DNA of 64,000 bases, taken from Phaeosaccion multiseriatum (Eukaryota; Protista; Ochrophyta, other classes). The stretch spans positions 1,426,001 through 1,490,000 of the forward strand of contig OZ218964.1 of NCBI GenBank assembly GCA_965112735.1, given 5' to 3'. The notes below the pieces were generated by a model. It ran no database searches. It was not told the origin of the DNA and was given only the letters and a program-made list of their open reading frames with translations. Below are positions 1 to 11,302 of the stretch, one piece after another. The position numbers and the translations under genes are program-made. How positions within the stretch are numbered: position 1 is the stretch's first letter; the number at the start of each line of letters is the position of its first letter.

Positions 1-312
1 TTTCGCGTCGTGAACCGCGTCGGCAAGGAATTGATAGTCGAGCATGCGAGGGTGGATGCAAAGCTGGCCCGTGGAGCGCTGGCACCATCGACACCGACAG
101 CACTGCGCCCGTTTACACCGCCTGCTCCGCCGCCTACTTTTGAGAAAACAGCTGAGTGAAGAGAGGAAGGCCGGGCAGCCTTCGCCGTCAGCCGTGTTGA
201 CGTCACACGGGCAGAGAACGTCACGTCAGGCCGAAGCTGCTGACACGTAAAAAGACAAAAGAACAAGAAAAAAATGTACATTGTGTGTGTGGCGAGGGGC
301 TTGTCTCCACTT

Positions 313-3300
313 CTACTTCGTACCAGCGACTCGCATCACCACTCTCCCGGGGTGGTGTTTGTCTTCCCACACTTCGACTCCTGCTCTCTCCTGCAAGTAG
401 GCCAGCACCACAGGCAGCTTTCCTCTACCTGTGAGGACGTTGATCACACTCTCCACCTTCGCTTCTGAGAGCACGTGACGAAGCGCTGCCTTGCCCGTTC
501 CCTTGCCAACCCGTGTCAAGTCCATAAGCCTCCCCGGTACCACCCAGTGTTTGAACATCCCCCACGACACGGCCTCTGCGTACACCTCGTCAGCAGCCTC
601 CTCGTCGCCGCCTTCCTGTAAAGCGTCAATAGTGGCGCTGTAGGTGAGTGTGTTGGGAACGAGTCCTTCAGCCTTCATTTCCCTGAAGAGCCCCAACGCC
701 TCCACGTGTTGGCCGGCCTTGGCGCATGCATCAATGGCGGTGTTGAAGGTCCATACACCCGGAGGGGGTCCTTCGTCCTTCATCTCCCTCAACAAACCCA
801 ATGCCTGTACGTGTTTACCAGCCTTGGCGCATGCATCAACGGCGGTGGTGTAGGTCCATACATCCGGAGCGGGTCCTCCTTCCTTCATCTCCCTCAACAA
901 ACCCAACGCCTCCACGTGTTGACCAGCCTTGGCGCATGCGTTCATAGCAGCGTTGTAGCTCTTTACATCCGGAGCGGGTCCTCCTTCCTTCATCTCCCTC
1001 AACAAACCCAATGCATCCACGTGTTGGCCGGCCTTGGCGCATGCGTGCATAGCAGCGTTGTAGGTCCATACATCCGGAGCGGGTCCTTCGTCCTTCATCT
1101 CCCTCAACAACCCCAACGCCTCCACGCGTTCACCAGCCTTGGCGCATGCATCAATGGCGGTGGTGTAGGTCCATACATCCGGAGCGAGTCCTTCTTCCTT
1201 CATCTCCCTCAACAAACTCAACGCCTCCACGTGTTGACCAGCCTTGGCGCATGCATTAATAGCAGTGTTGTAGCTCCTTACATCCGGAGCGGGTTCTTCT
1301 TCCTTCATCTCCCTCAACAAACCCAACGCCTTCACGTGTTGACCAGCCTTGGCGCATGCGTGAATAGCAGCGTTGTAGCTCCTTACATCCGGAGCGGGTC
1401 CTCCTTCCTTCATCTCCCTCAACAAACCCAACGCCTCCACGTGTTGACCAGCCTTGGCGCATGCGTTAATAGCAGCGTTGTAGCTCCTTACATTCGGAGC
1501 GGGTCCTCCTTCCTTCATCTCCCTCAACAAACCCAACGCCTGTACGTGTTTACCAGCCTTGGCGCATGCATCAACGGCGGCGGTGTAGGTCCTTACACCC
1601 GGAGCGGGTCCTTCGTCCTTCATCTCCCTCAACAAACCCAACGCCTGTACGTGTTTACCAGCCTTGGCGCATGCATCAATGGCGGCGGTGTAGCTCCATA
1701 CACCCGGAGCGGGTCCTCCTTCCTTCATCTCCCTCAGCAAACCCAACGCCTCCACGTGTTGGCCGGCCTTGGCGCATGCATCAATGGCGGTGTTGTAGCT
1801 CCATACATCCGGAGCGGGTCCTCCTTCCTTCATCTCCCTCAACAAGCCCAATGCATCCACGTGTTGACCAGCCTTGGCGCATGCGTTCATAGCAGCGCTG
1901 TAGCTCCTTACATCCGGAGCGGGTCCTCCTTCCTTCATCTCCCTCAACAAACCCAACGCCTGTACGTGTTGGCCGGCCTTGGCGCATGCATCAATGGCGG
2001 TGTTGTAGCTCCATACATCCGGTGCGGGTCCTTCTTCCTTCATCTCCCTCAACAAACTCAACGCCTCCACGTGTTGACCAGCGTTGGCGCATGCGTTAAT
2101 AGCAGCGTTGTAGTTCCATACACCCGGAGCGGGTCCTCCTTCCTTCATCTCCCTCAACAAACCCAACGCCTTCACGTGTTGACCAGCCTTGGCGCATGCG
2201 TGAATAGCAGCGTTGTAGCTCTTTACATTCGGAGCGGGTCCTCCTTCCTTCATCTCCCTCAACAAACCCAACGCCTCCACGTGTTGGCCGGCCTTGGCGC
2301 ATGCATCAATGGCGGTGTTGTAGCTCCATACATCCGGTGCGGGTCCTTCTTCCTTCATCTCCCTCAACAAACTCAACGCCTCCACGTGTTGACCAGCGTT
2401 GGCGCATGCGTTAATAGCAGCGTTGTAGCTCCTTACATTCGGAGCGGGTCCTCCTTCCTTCATCTCCCTCAACAAACCCAACGCCTTCACGTGTTGACCA
2501 GCCTTGGCGCATGCGTGAATAGCAGCGTTGTAGCTCTTTACATTCGGAGCGGGTCCTCCTTCCTTCATCTCCCTCAACAAACCCAACGCCTCCACGTGTT
2601 GGCCGGCCTTGGCGCATACACCAATGGCGATGGTGTAGCTCGTTACGTTCGGAGCAGGTCCTTCGTCCTTCATCTCCCTCAACAAACCCAACGCCTCCAC
2701 GTGTCGACCAGCCTTGGCGCATGCGTTAATAGCAGCGTTGTAGCTCCTTACATTCGGAGCGGGTCCCTCCTTCTTCATACTCTTCAGCAGCTCCAGAGGT
2801 TTGTCGTACTCCCCGCTCTTGGTGCAGGCATCCATTACAATAGTACAGTGGTATGCATCGGGTATCACGCCTTCCCCTTCCATGCCCCTCAGCAGCTCCA
2901 AAGCTTTATCCGATCTCCTCGACGCGACACAGAGACGCAAGGCCGCAGAGTACAGGTACATGTCCAGGACGATGTCTCCTGCCAGCACCTCATCCCACAG
3001 GTCCCATGCCGCGTCCAACCATCCTGCCCGACTGCACGCCTCGATGGCGGCGGCGAAGTTGCCGGCATCGGCCTCCAAGCCATACTCGGGCACTCTTTCC
3101 AGCAGCCGCAGCGCTTCTTCAGGCTCGCCAGCTCTACCCACAGCGGACATTACGACGCTCAATTGTTGATTATTCAGCGGAAGCCCTTGTGCCTGCATGT
3201 CCTTCAGAAGCTGCAGTGCCTGGTCTGCCCTCCCCCCGAAGCCACACGCCACAATCGCTGCCGAATAGGTCCGCGAGTCCGGCTGCAATCCCGCGACAGG

Positions 3301-3885
3301 CATCTCCCGAAGGAGACCCATAGCTTCATCGTATCTCCGAGCCCGGCCACAGGCGTCAATGGCGGCGTTGTAGTGGGCAACGTGTGGTACGAACGCTCCG
3401 TGCTTCTGCGTCTCGATCTCCCTCAGCAATCCAAGCGTCTCTTCCCATCGGCCGCAGTGGCCGAAAGACTCCATGACTGCGTCGAGAAGAGGCGCATCAA
3501 TGGGCAGCGGCGACCGCACCGCCGCCTCCCACTCGCCGCGCACTCTCTCCCAGTCCTTGACCTCCCGTGCGGCCTCCAAACGCTCCAGTGTCGCGAGCCA
3601 CAACGAGGGCGCCGGGAGCCCCTCCTCATCTTTAGGAGGGGGAATATTACTTGTTGAGAAACAAGCCCCCTCACCTGTACTGCTCGACCCGAGAGATCCA
3701 ACCCACGCGCTTGACAAACACGGTGGGGATCCGGGGCGAAAGGTTGCCAGATACGCTGGACTAACACCACAGGCAGGGGCTGAGACTGTGCCAGACGGAG
3801 CATCTCTTCCACCAGGAGCTCTCCTCCGCCTCCCGTTTATGTGCCTCCTTCTCCCGCTTCTGCTGCTGCTGCACACTCTCCTCAT
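313..3885 (-). CDS. P-class pentatricopeptide repeat protein (~28 PPR motifs) with C-terminal SMR-like domain; probable organelle (mitochondrial-type) presequence
   Basis: Intronless ORF; first ATG at 3885 (MRRVCSSSRSGRRR..., Arg/Ser-rich, few acidic residues). About 7 divergent 35-aa PPR motifs, then 20 near-identical ones (VxSYNAAIxACAKAGQHVEALGLLREMKEGGPAP[DNG]). The C-terminus MDLTR...VLTGRG...HPGRV matches SMR LDLH/TGxG/GR landmarks. Confidence 0.93.
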   Translation of the reverse strand: MRRVCSSSRSGRRRHINGRRRRAPGGRDAPSGTVSAPACGVSPAYLATFRPGSPPCLSSAWVGSLGSSSTGEGACFSTSNIPPPKDEEGLPAPSLWLATLERLEAAREVKDWERVRGEWEAAVRSPLPIDAPLLDAVMESFGHCGRWEETLGLLREIETQKHGAFVPHVAHYNAAIDACGRARRYDEAMGLLREMPVAGLQPDSRTYSAAIVACGFGGRADQALQLLKDMQAQGLPLNNQQLSVVMSAVGRAGEPEEALRLLERVPEYGLEADAGNFAAAIEACSRAGWLDAAWDLWDEVLAGDIVLDMYLYSAALRLCVASRRSDKALELLRGMEGEGVIPDAYHCTIVMDACTKSGEYDKPLELLKSMKKEGPAPNVRSYNAAINACAKAGRHVEALGLLREMKDEGPAPNVTSYTIAIGVCAKAGQHVEALGLLREMKEGGPAPNVKSYNAAIHACAKAGQHVKALGLLREMKEGGPAPNVRSYNAAINACANAGQHVEALSLLREMKEEGPAPDVWSYNTAIDACAKAGQHVEALGLLREMKEGGPAPNVKSYNAAIHACAKAGQHVKALGLLREMKEGGPAPGVWNYNAAINACANAGQHVEALSLLREMKEEGPAPDVWSYNTAIDACAKAGQHVQALGLLREMKEGGPAPDVRSYSAAMNACAKAGQHVDALGLLREMKEGGPAPDVWSYNTAIDACAKAGQHVEALGLLREMKEGGPAPGVWSYTAAIDACAKAGKHVQALGLLREMKDEGPAPGVRTYTAAVDACAKAGKHVQALGLLREMKEGGPAPNVRSYNAAINACAKAGQHVEALGLLREMKEGGPAPDVRSYNAAIHACAKAGQHVKALGLLREMKEEEPAPDVRSYNTAINACAKAGQHVEALSLLREMKEEGLAPDVWTYTTAIDACAKAGERVEALGLLREMKDEGPAPDVWTYNAAMHACAKAGQHVDALGLLREMKEGGPAPDVKSYNAAMNACAKAGQHVEALGLLREMKEGGPAPDVWTYTTAVDACAKAGKHVQALGLLREMKDEGPPPGVWTFNTAIDACAKAGQHVEALGLFREMKAEGLVPNTLTYSATIDALQEGGDEEAADEVYAEAVSWGMFKHWVVPGRLMDLTRVGKGTGKAALRHVLSEAKVESVINVLTGRGKLPVVLAYLQERAGVEVWEDKHHPGRVVMRVAGTK
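652..2751 (-). repeat. Coding minisatellite: 20 x 105-bp tandem repeats (PPR array)
   Basis: Exact 105-bp period, e.g. gccttggcgcatgc and tccttcatctccctcaacaa recur every 105 nt with no indels. Confidence 0.97.
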
Positions 3886-4620
3886 TATAGAGGGAAAGAG
3901 GAAGCAAGCAACCAAGCGAGCGAGTCGAATGAAAAGATAGGCGTCATATGCCTCACAGATGGCCGCGGAGTACCAACACGTATTTTCTGTGTGTATGTGT
4001 GGATTGCGCGCACATGCGTGGTAGACAGCGATCGAGTGCGCGCGTTAGAGCCTTGCATTGGTGTCGAGATCCGGAGCCAGCCGGTCAACGCTCTGTGAGG
4101 GGCTGCCGGAGGTCCGGAAATGTGTGTGTGTGTGTGTTTTTAATTTTTGCCTTGTAAAAAAATTAATTTATACCCCCCCCCTTCTCGTTAACCAATCCTC
4201 ACTCTAATTGTGTACACATCCACGGCCCCCATATGCCTCCCTGCCTCCCTCCCTCTCTTCCTGCCTCTCATGTTCATCTTCATCCTCCTCCTCCTCCTGC
4301 TGCTGCTGCTACTGTGCTACTGATGCTGCTCCTGCCGCTCTCCCGAGTAAAGGAAGGGACCCACCCACCCACTGTGTCTCTCCATTGGGATGTCTCTCTC
4401 TAAGAGTAGCTGCAGTTTCAGTTTCAGTCTATTGACTCGACCAGACATGACCCCTATATACTCCTCCTTCCGCTCCGCCACTCTCCGTCCCCCAACTCTC
4501 TCAAAACCCTCAGGAGTGAGTGGACTGTGACTGAGTGTGAGAGTTTGTGAAGAAGGGGGGGAAGCAATTGCCGAGACAGAAGAGCTGCAATTGCCGAGAC
4601 AGAAGAGTTGCAAGCGCCGC

Positions 4621-7600
4621 TCACCACTGTTGGTTGGACGGCTGTTGTCCCCCTTGTTGCGTCCCTTGCGTGGAAAAAAACTGTTGCTGCATCATCCCCT
4701 GCTGCTGCCCTCCCATCCCCTGCTGTGCCATCATCTGCTGAGGCGGATTAGGCGGGGCAGCAGGCCGCGTGGCCGAAGTGGCCATAATCGGGGCGGCTCC
4801 GGGCGGAGCTGTGGCCATGGAGCCGTTAAACCCCCCTCCGCCAAACATCTGTGCCTGCCCCTGCCCCTGTCCAGCCCCCTGCTGCTGACTTATTGGCTGG
4901 GCCCCGAAATTGCTCGCCATCGCCCCCCCGCCTCCGCCCATTGCCGTGTTCATCATTCCCCCGGTGTTCATTCCGCCATTCATTCCCCCGGCGTTTATTC
5001 CGCCATTCATTCCGCCGGTGCTCATTCCGCCCATGGCAGACATGCCGTTCATCGAGGTCATGGGCATAGACATCTGTGGGGAGGACAGAGGAGGGGGGGG
5101 GGGGGGTGAGAGAAGAGAAGAGAAGAGACGAGGCGAGAAGACAAGATGAAAAAAAGTTGGTTTCAGAAAAGAGAGGAAGAACAAGAGAGAATAGTGTTGG
5201 TGTGTGGTGTGGAGCACTTGAGTGGGGACATGAGGGAGGGAGGAGGGGAGGCATGTGGGCAGGCAGACAACACACAAACGTTGATGTGCCGAGTGCTCTG
5301 CCGATTCCTGTCGCACACACGCACACACACACACACGCACGCACACACACGAACCTGTGGCTGCTGTGCTTGCTGCTGCTGATACGCTGACAGGGGGGGC
5401 TGATGCGTCTGAAAGGCCTGCTGCTGTGGCGGTTGCTGCTGTGGCTGGGAGATGCTCATGTTTGTGGCGAAGATACTCGCAAGGTCGTTACTCAGCAGAT
5501 CATTGCCCCCACCGAAAGGCTGCTTGGGCGGTTGGTTCGTCTTGGCTGCTGCCTCGTCCTCATCGTCAGATTCGTCAAAAGCCAGTAAGTCCACGGGAGC
5601 CTTCCCCTTCCCCTTTCCCTTCCCCTTCCCCTTGCTGCTACCGCTACTGCTGCTGCTGCTGCTGCTGGAGCTCCTACCAGCCGCTGTAGATCCATTGAGT
5701 GCCCTCCCCTGCTTACGAGGGTTGAAACAAAGGCGAGAACATCAGAGAACACCATTTGCGGCGGGTGAGGGAGTCAGTCAGTAAGTCAGTAAGTCAGCAA
5801 GTAAGTGAGTGAGTAAGTTGTATAGCCCCCCCACTGCCTTCCCCCTTCCACCCCCATAAGCTAGAAGGGGCCAATTATACTCTGCCTCATCCTTGCTCAG
5901 CAACCCGGGAGGGCTCCGTCTCACCTTGTTGGCAGGCTGCTTCATACTGCCGCTGCTGCTGCTGCTGCTACTGCTACTACTGCTGCTGCTGCCACTCACA
6001 CTGCTGTTAGTGCTTGAACTACTACTGCTGCTACTGCTGCCGCTCCCCTTCTTCCCCACCGCCCCCGGTGCACTCCCCAGCGTCTGCTTGCCGCTCCTCA
6101 GCTCCTTCACGTACTCCAACGCCGAGAGCCACTTGGTCTTTTCGGTTACAGAAAGCGCCATGACCACCATCGACCCCGGCATGCCTGTCGTGGCGGTGGG
6201 CCCCCCTACAGAGCGGTACTCCACCCTGAACATCCTCGAGCTCCAATCCACGCCGCACAGCTCCTTGGGCAGCTCCTGCAACACGTCCATTCGGCACCGC
6301 TCGTCGATGTACACCACCTGGGGTTTTTGTTTTGTTTTGTTCGTTGTTTTAATGTGTGCGTGCGTGCGTGCGTGTGTTTGTTGTTCGTGCGTGTGTGTGT
6401 GTTTATGTCACAGCACACACCAGCAGGAGGGAAGGGAAGAGGGAGGAAGGAAGGAGAAGGTGGTCAGCAAAAAAGCACAAAAGCACAAGAGAGTCGGTCA
6501 GTCAAAGCCAATCAATCAGTTAGTTAGTCAGTCAGTCAGTCAGTCAGTCAGTCAATCACTCAGACAGTCAGGCAATCAATCAGTCAGTCAGTTAGGTGAT
6601 CAGTCGGACCCCTCTCCCTCCTCACCTCCATGGTCTCCTTGTGCTTGAACTTGCCCTTCCACAGCGTCTTTCCGCGGATGAGCACGTCCGTAAAGAGGTA
6701 AAAGTACCCGTCCGAGATGGGCGGGTCTTTGGCGGGGTTGATGACTGCCAGGGGGCCCTGTTGTGTGTAGTATTATTATTACCACGAACAGTCACAGTGA
6801 GTGAGTGAGTGAGTGGGTGAGTGGGTGAGTGAACGAGTGAGTGAGTGAGTGAGTGAGTGAGTGAGTGAGTGAGTGAGTGAGCGCACTGAGTAAGTCAATG
6901 TGCATGTCCTTCAGATCGGCGCACGTACCTTGTGTATGAGTTTCCGCTGACCGCTCTTGATGGACAGATTCAGCACCTTGGCCCAAGACTGCTTCTCCGC
7001 CAGAGAGGTTGCCGAGAGGAGGTAGATGTGCCCAGCAGTCACCACGCGGAAGGGGAACAGGCCGCTCTTGCCGTCCATAGTACCAACGTCCTCGACCTAC
7101 AGGGCATAGTGTAATGCAAGATACACGGCACACAGCGCACGTTACATGGAAGAGGGGGAGGAAGAGGAGGAGGAGGAGGAGGAGGAGGAGGAGAAGGAGG
7201 AGGAGGAGGAGGAGAAGGAGGAGGAGGAGGAGGAGGAGGAGGAGGAGGAGGAGGAGGAGGAGGAGGAGAAGAAGGAGGAGAAGCGGCAGCAGCAGCAGCG
7301 GCGACGGCGGTTGTGGTGTTTGTCAAATGCAATGCCGTAAAGTAGATCATCCACAACGTTTCTCTTCTCTCCACAGTGCGTGCCAACTGTCACTCATTGA
7401 AGGACCAACTGGCCCAACTGACCTGCAGCACGGGGTCTAGCCTTCTGAAGACGTACTTCCTGCCCAGGAGGGCGGGACGCGCCTGCATGAGCCCGTCGCT
7501 GAAGAGCACGAAGAAATCCTTACGGTCCTTCATCTTTCCCAGCTTCAGCAGCACGCCCTCCTGCAGCGGGAGAGGGGGGAAGAGGAGAGGGGAGAGGTAG

Positions 7601-10600
7601 CGCGAGGCAGGGGCCGACAACCGACCAAGGCAAGACAAGACCATCAATGAGGTCATGAGTCAATGAGTTGGGCTGTGAGTCTGCCTCTCTTTCATCTCAT
7701 CACTCAACACTCTCTCCCTCTTACACAATCCTTCTCTCATTCACCCACAAGCTCACTCACTCACTATCGCTCTCCTATTCACTCACACAGTCACTCACTC
7801 TTACTCCATCACTCTCTCACAACTCACTCACTCACCTTGACGTGAATGCGCTCGGGTCGGATCAAGCTCATGGGCTCAGACAGCATCTCCTGCACGGCAC
7901 ACAGCAGATGAGTGCAGACCAAAGGCAGAGAGAGGGGGCGGTGTAGGTGAGAAGAAGCACAGGAGGGAGGGACAGGGGCCCAAAGACAGAGAGCACAACA
8001 CAGAGACACAGAGGCGAGAGAGGGCAGACGCAGACAAGAGTCAAGCGAGAGTAGAAGCAGGGTGGTCGGTATCTGGTTGACCTCTTCCCACGTAGACCCA
8101 TATTATATATTATATCTGTACCAACCTCGATGGCGCGAATCTTAGCCTGGTTCTCCCTCTTCTTGATGGTCTCGCTGATGAAGGAGGTGACATCCGCAAG
8201 GTCGTTGATGGCCTTGGTGAGCAGTGAGTGATCCGCGTGGTCGACATCTGTGTAGGCCAGCAGCTTCTCCAGGATGCGCTGGTAGGATGGAATGCGCTGT
8301 TGGGAGGGGAAGAGGGCGGGACGGAGGGGAGAGGGAGGATACATCAAATGAGCGGACTGTCTGACAGTCAATCAATCAACCAAACCCAACCTCCCCTTGC
8401 CCGAGCCCGAGCGAACTCGTCTCTCCCCTCTCTCTCATGTCTCCTTCTCCCCCCCCCCCCCTCTCTGTCTCTCTCTCTCCTTTCAGCTCACACCTTCCCT
8501 ACCCCCCTCCCTCCCTCCCTCCCTGACCTGGATGGGCATGATGAGTAGGGACTGCACGTCCACCTTAGTGCTACTCTTGCTCTTGTCTAGCACCTGGCGG
8601 AATCGCTCGTTGCGGAATGACATCGAAGTCACTTGGGCGGCAGTTTCCTGTAAGGGGGCATCGAAACAGACGAGAACAGTGGGTGGGGCGTCATGGTCAT
8701 AGAGGGAGCATTGGTTAGTTCAGTTCACATCTTTGCCCTGCGAAGCAACTCTTCCCTATCTCATCCTGCTGTCTTCCCTCCCTCCCTCCCTCCCTCCCTC
8801 CTCCCTCCCTCCTCCCTCCCTCCCTCCTCCCTCCTCCTCCTCTGACCTCATGCTGTACAGCGTACTCCACGTAGCTCCTGTTAAGCTGCGGTGCTATGTC
8901 AATGAACAGGTCGCCGAAGCAAGTCACTGCATCGAAATTGCCCACCCGATCCCTCAAGCGGCCCCTGAATGCCGTGTTCAGCTCCAGAATCTTCTCCGCT
9001 CCGAGTCTGATCCCCAGAGAGGACAATGGACATGCATGGAGACACACACATATACACACGCGCACACACACATACACACAGACACACACATACATACATA
9101 CACATATACAAGATGGTGAGAGGAAGTCTAATATCGTGTACCGGTATGGTCGTATGTTGGTCAATCAGTAACCAGTTTCCCCATCTCCTCTCCTCCACAC
9201 AATACCTCTACCTCCCTCCCCTTTCTGAACCCCACAACCCGACAGAATACAGACACACGGGCTGCAACGGCGTGCACCGCGTGCGTGCGTGCGTGCGTGC
9301 GTGTGTACGTACGAAGCACCGACTCATTCACTCACTCACTCACTCACTCATTCACTCACTCACTCACTCACTCACTCACTCATTCACTCACTCACTCACT
9401 CATTCACTCACTCACTCACTCACCCCCCGAACATCTTGCTGGCATCGTCCCAGGCCATTGGGGGTGCCGACCTGCCATTGCTGCCCATGGTCGGGCGAAT
9501 GACGGTGCTGAGGAGGGCATCCATGCTCTTGACATAAGCCTCTTCCGTCTCTAGCAACTCCTTGGCGATGCGACGACGCATCTTGAGGGGGAGGAGGAGG
9601 TGGTGTGTGAGGGGCGGGGAAGGAGGAGGAGGAGGAGGAGGAGGAGGAGGAGGAGGAGGAAGAGGAGGAGGAGGAGGAGGAGCAGGAGGAGGAGGAGGAG
9701 GAGGAGGAGGAAGAGGAGGAGGAGGAGCAGGAGGAGGAGGAGGAGGAGGAGGAGGAGGACGAGGAGGAGGACGAGGAGGAGAAGGAGGAGGAGGAGGTGG
9801 AGGACGAGGAGGAGGAGGTGGTGGTATATGGGGGGGGGGGGAGGAGGAGGACGAGGAAGGGGAGGGGACAAGGAGGCGGACGAGAAGGAGGAGCAGGAGG
9901 GGTTAACGTCGCGCACCTCCCTCCTCTCACTCTCCCTTTCTCACTCTTCCTCCTTCTCTCTATCCCTCTTTCACCCTCTCCCCTCTCCCCTCACTCTCTC
10001 TCTCACCTTGTTTCTCTTCTTAACGTCCTTGGGCACTTCCTCCTTCACCGCCTCCTTCTCCTCCTCCTGCCCCCCCATCTGCTCCATCCACATTCCGAAC
10101 GCGCCGTCCATGTCGTCTCCCCCGCCTCCTCCTCCCCACGCCAGTTGCGCCTGCTGTGCCTGCTGCTGCTGCAGTAGTTGCTGTTGCCTGAGCAGCTCCT
10201 GTTGCCTCAGTAGCTCCTGCTGGCGCTGCATCTCCTGCTGCCGGAGGAACTCTTGTTGCTGCTGTCGCAGCATCTCCTGCTCCTGCTGCTGCCGCTGGAT
10301 CTCCTCTTGCATGGCTAGCTCCTGCATCTCCTGCCAGTATCAGGAGAGGACACAAACACACACACACACACGCACCAAGAAAGCAAGGAACGAAAGTAAG
10401 CAAACCAGCCATCTCTCCAGAGACTACTTCATTCCTTCCTTCCATGTGTGTGAACCTTTCAGATCCCCACCCCACCCCACCCCACCCTACTCCTCCGGCC
10501 ACTCCACCACCACAACCGTGCCTTGGTTATAGCCCCCCAGACCCCCCCCCCCCACATCCCCCTCCCCACCTGCTGCTGCTGCTGCAGAAGCTGCTGCTCC

Positions 10601-11268
10601 TCCATCTCTTGCTGCTGCCGCATCAGCAGCAACTCCTCCTCTGTGGGGCCTGTGGGCACGACAGGTGCCTCCTCCGCCTCTCCGTAGCCCATCTCCTGCC
10701 GCACCCTCGCCTGTCGAGTGGAGCCGTCCCGGTGGTGGTGGTGGTGGTGGCGGCGGGGGGGGCGGGGGGGGGAGATAGATTCGCACCACGCACGCACGCG
10801 CACACGTATGTCAAGACACAGCAGCAGCAGCAGCAGCAGCAGCAGCGCGTCAGAAGAGGCTCTCGCCGCCACGAGCCCATGCAGGCGTGCGTTGAGAGGT
10901 GTACGAGGACAGATGGGGGATGGCAGTGGATGGAGAGTGGGCACCTCGCACCGGGCCTCCTGCTGCCCTACTTCCTCCCTCTCCTCCCCTCCCTCCCTCC
11001 CTCCCTCCCCCCCTCCCTTCCCCCCCCCTCTCTCCCTCCCACCCTCCCTCCTTCCTCTGCCCCCTCTGAGCACGGTCCCATTGAATACACATCCATCACT
11101 GACTACACCGCCACTAACCTCTGCGGCGTCCGGGTCCTCCCCTGCCTCCTCCGCGTCCTGGCGTGCCTTCTTGACCGCCATCTTGAACTTCAGCTCGTGC
11201 ATGCCCGGAAGAGGCTTGAAGAACTTCTGAACGTAGTTGTGTGGAAACCAGCCCTCATCGCCTGACGC

Positions 11269-11302
<34 letters not shown>

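Noticed and set aside
1-90. Possible start of a minus-strand gene leaving the window
   Set aside because: ATGs are present but the sequence is too short to support a call.
706-3657. 983-aa plus-strand ORF antisense to the PPR gene
   Set aside because: In-register shadow of a repetitive GC-rich CDS; one stop-free unit repeated 20 times; no protein-like signal.
7039-7440. Poly-E/R/P/S ORFs (also about 9560-9930 and 15900-16140)
   Set aside because: Intronic (GGA)n tracts between well-supported exons.
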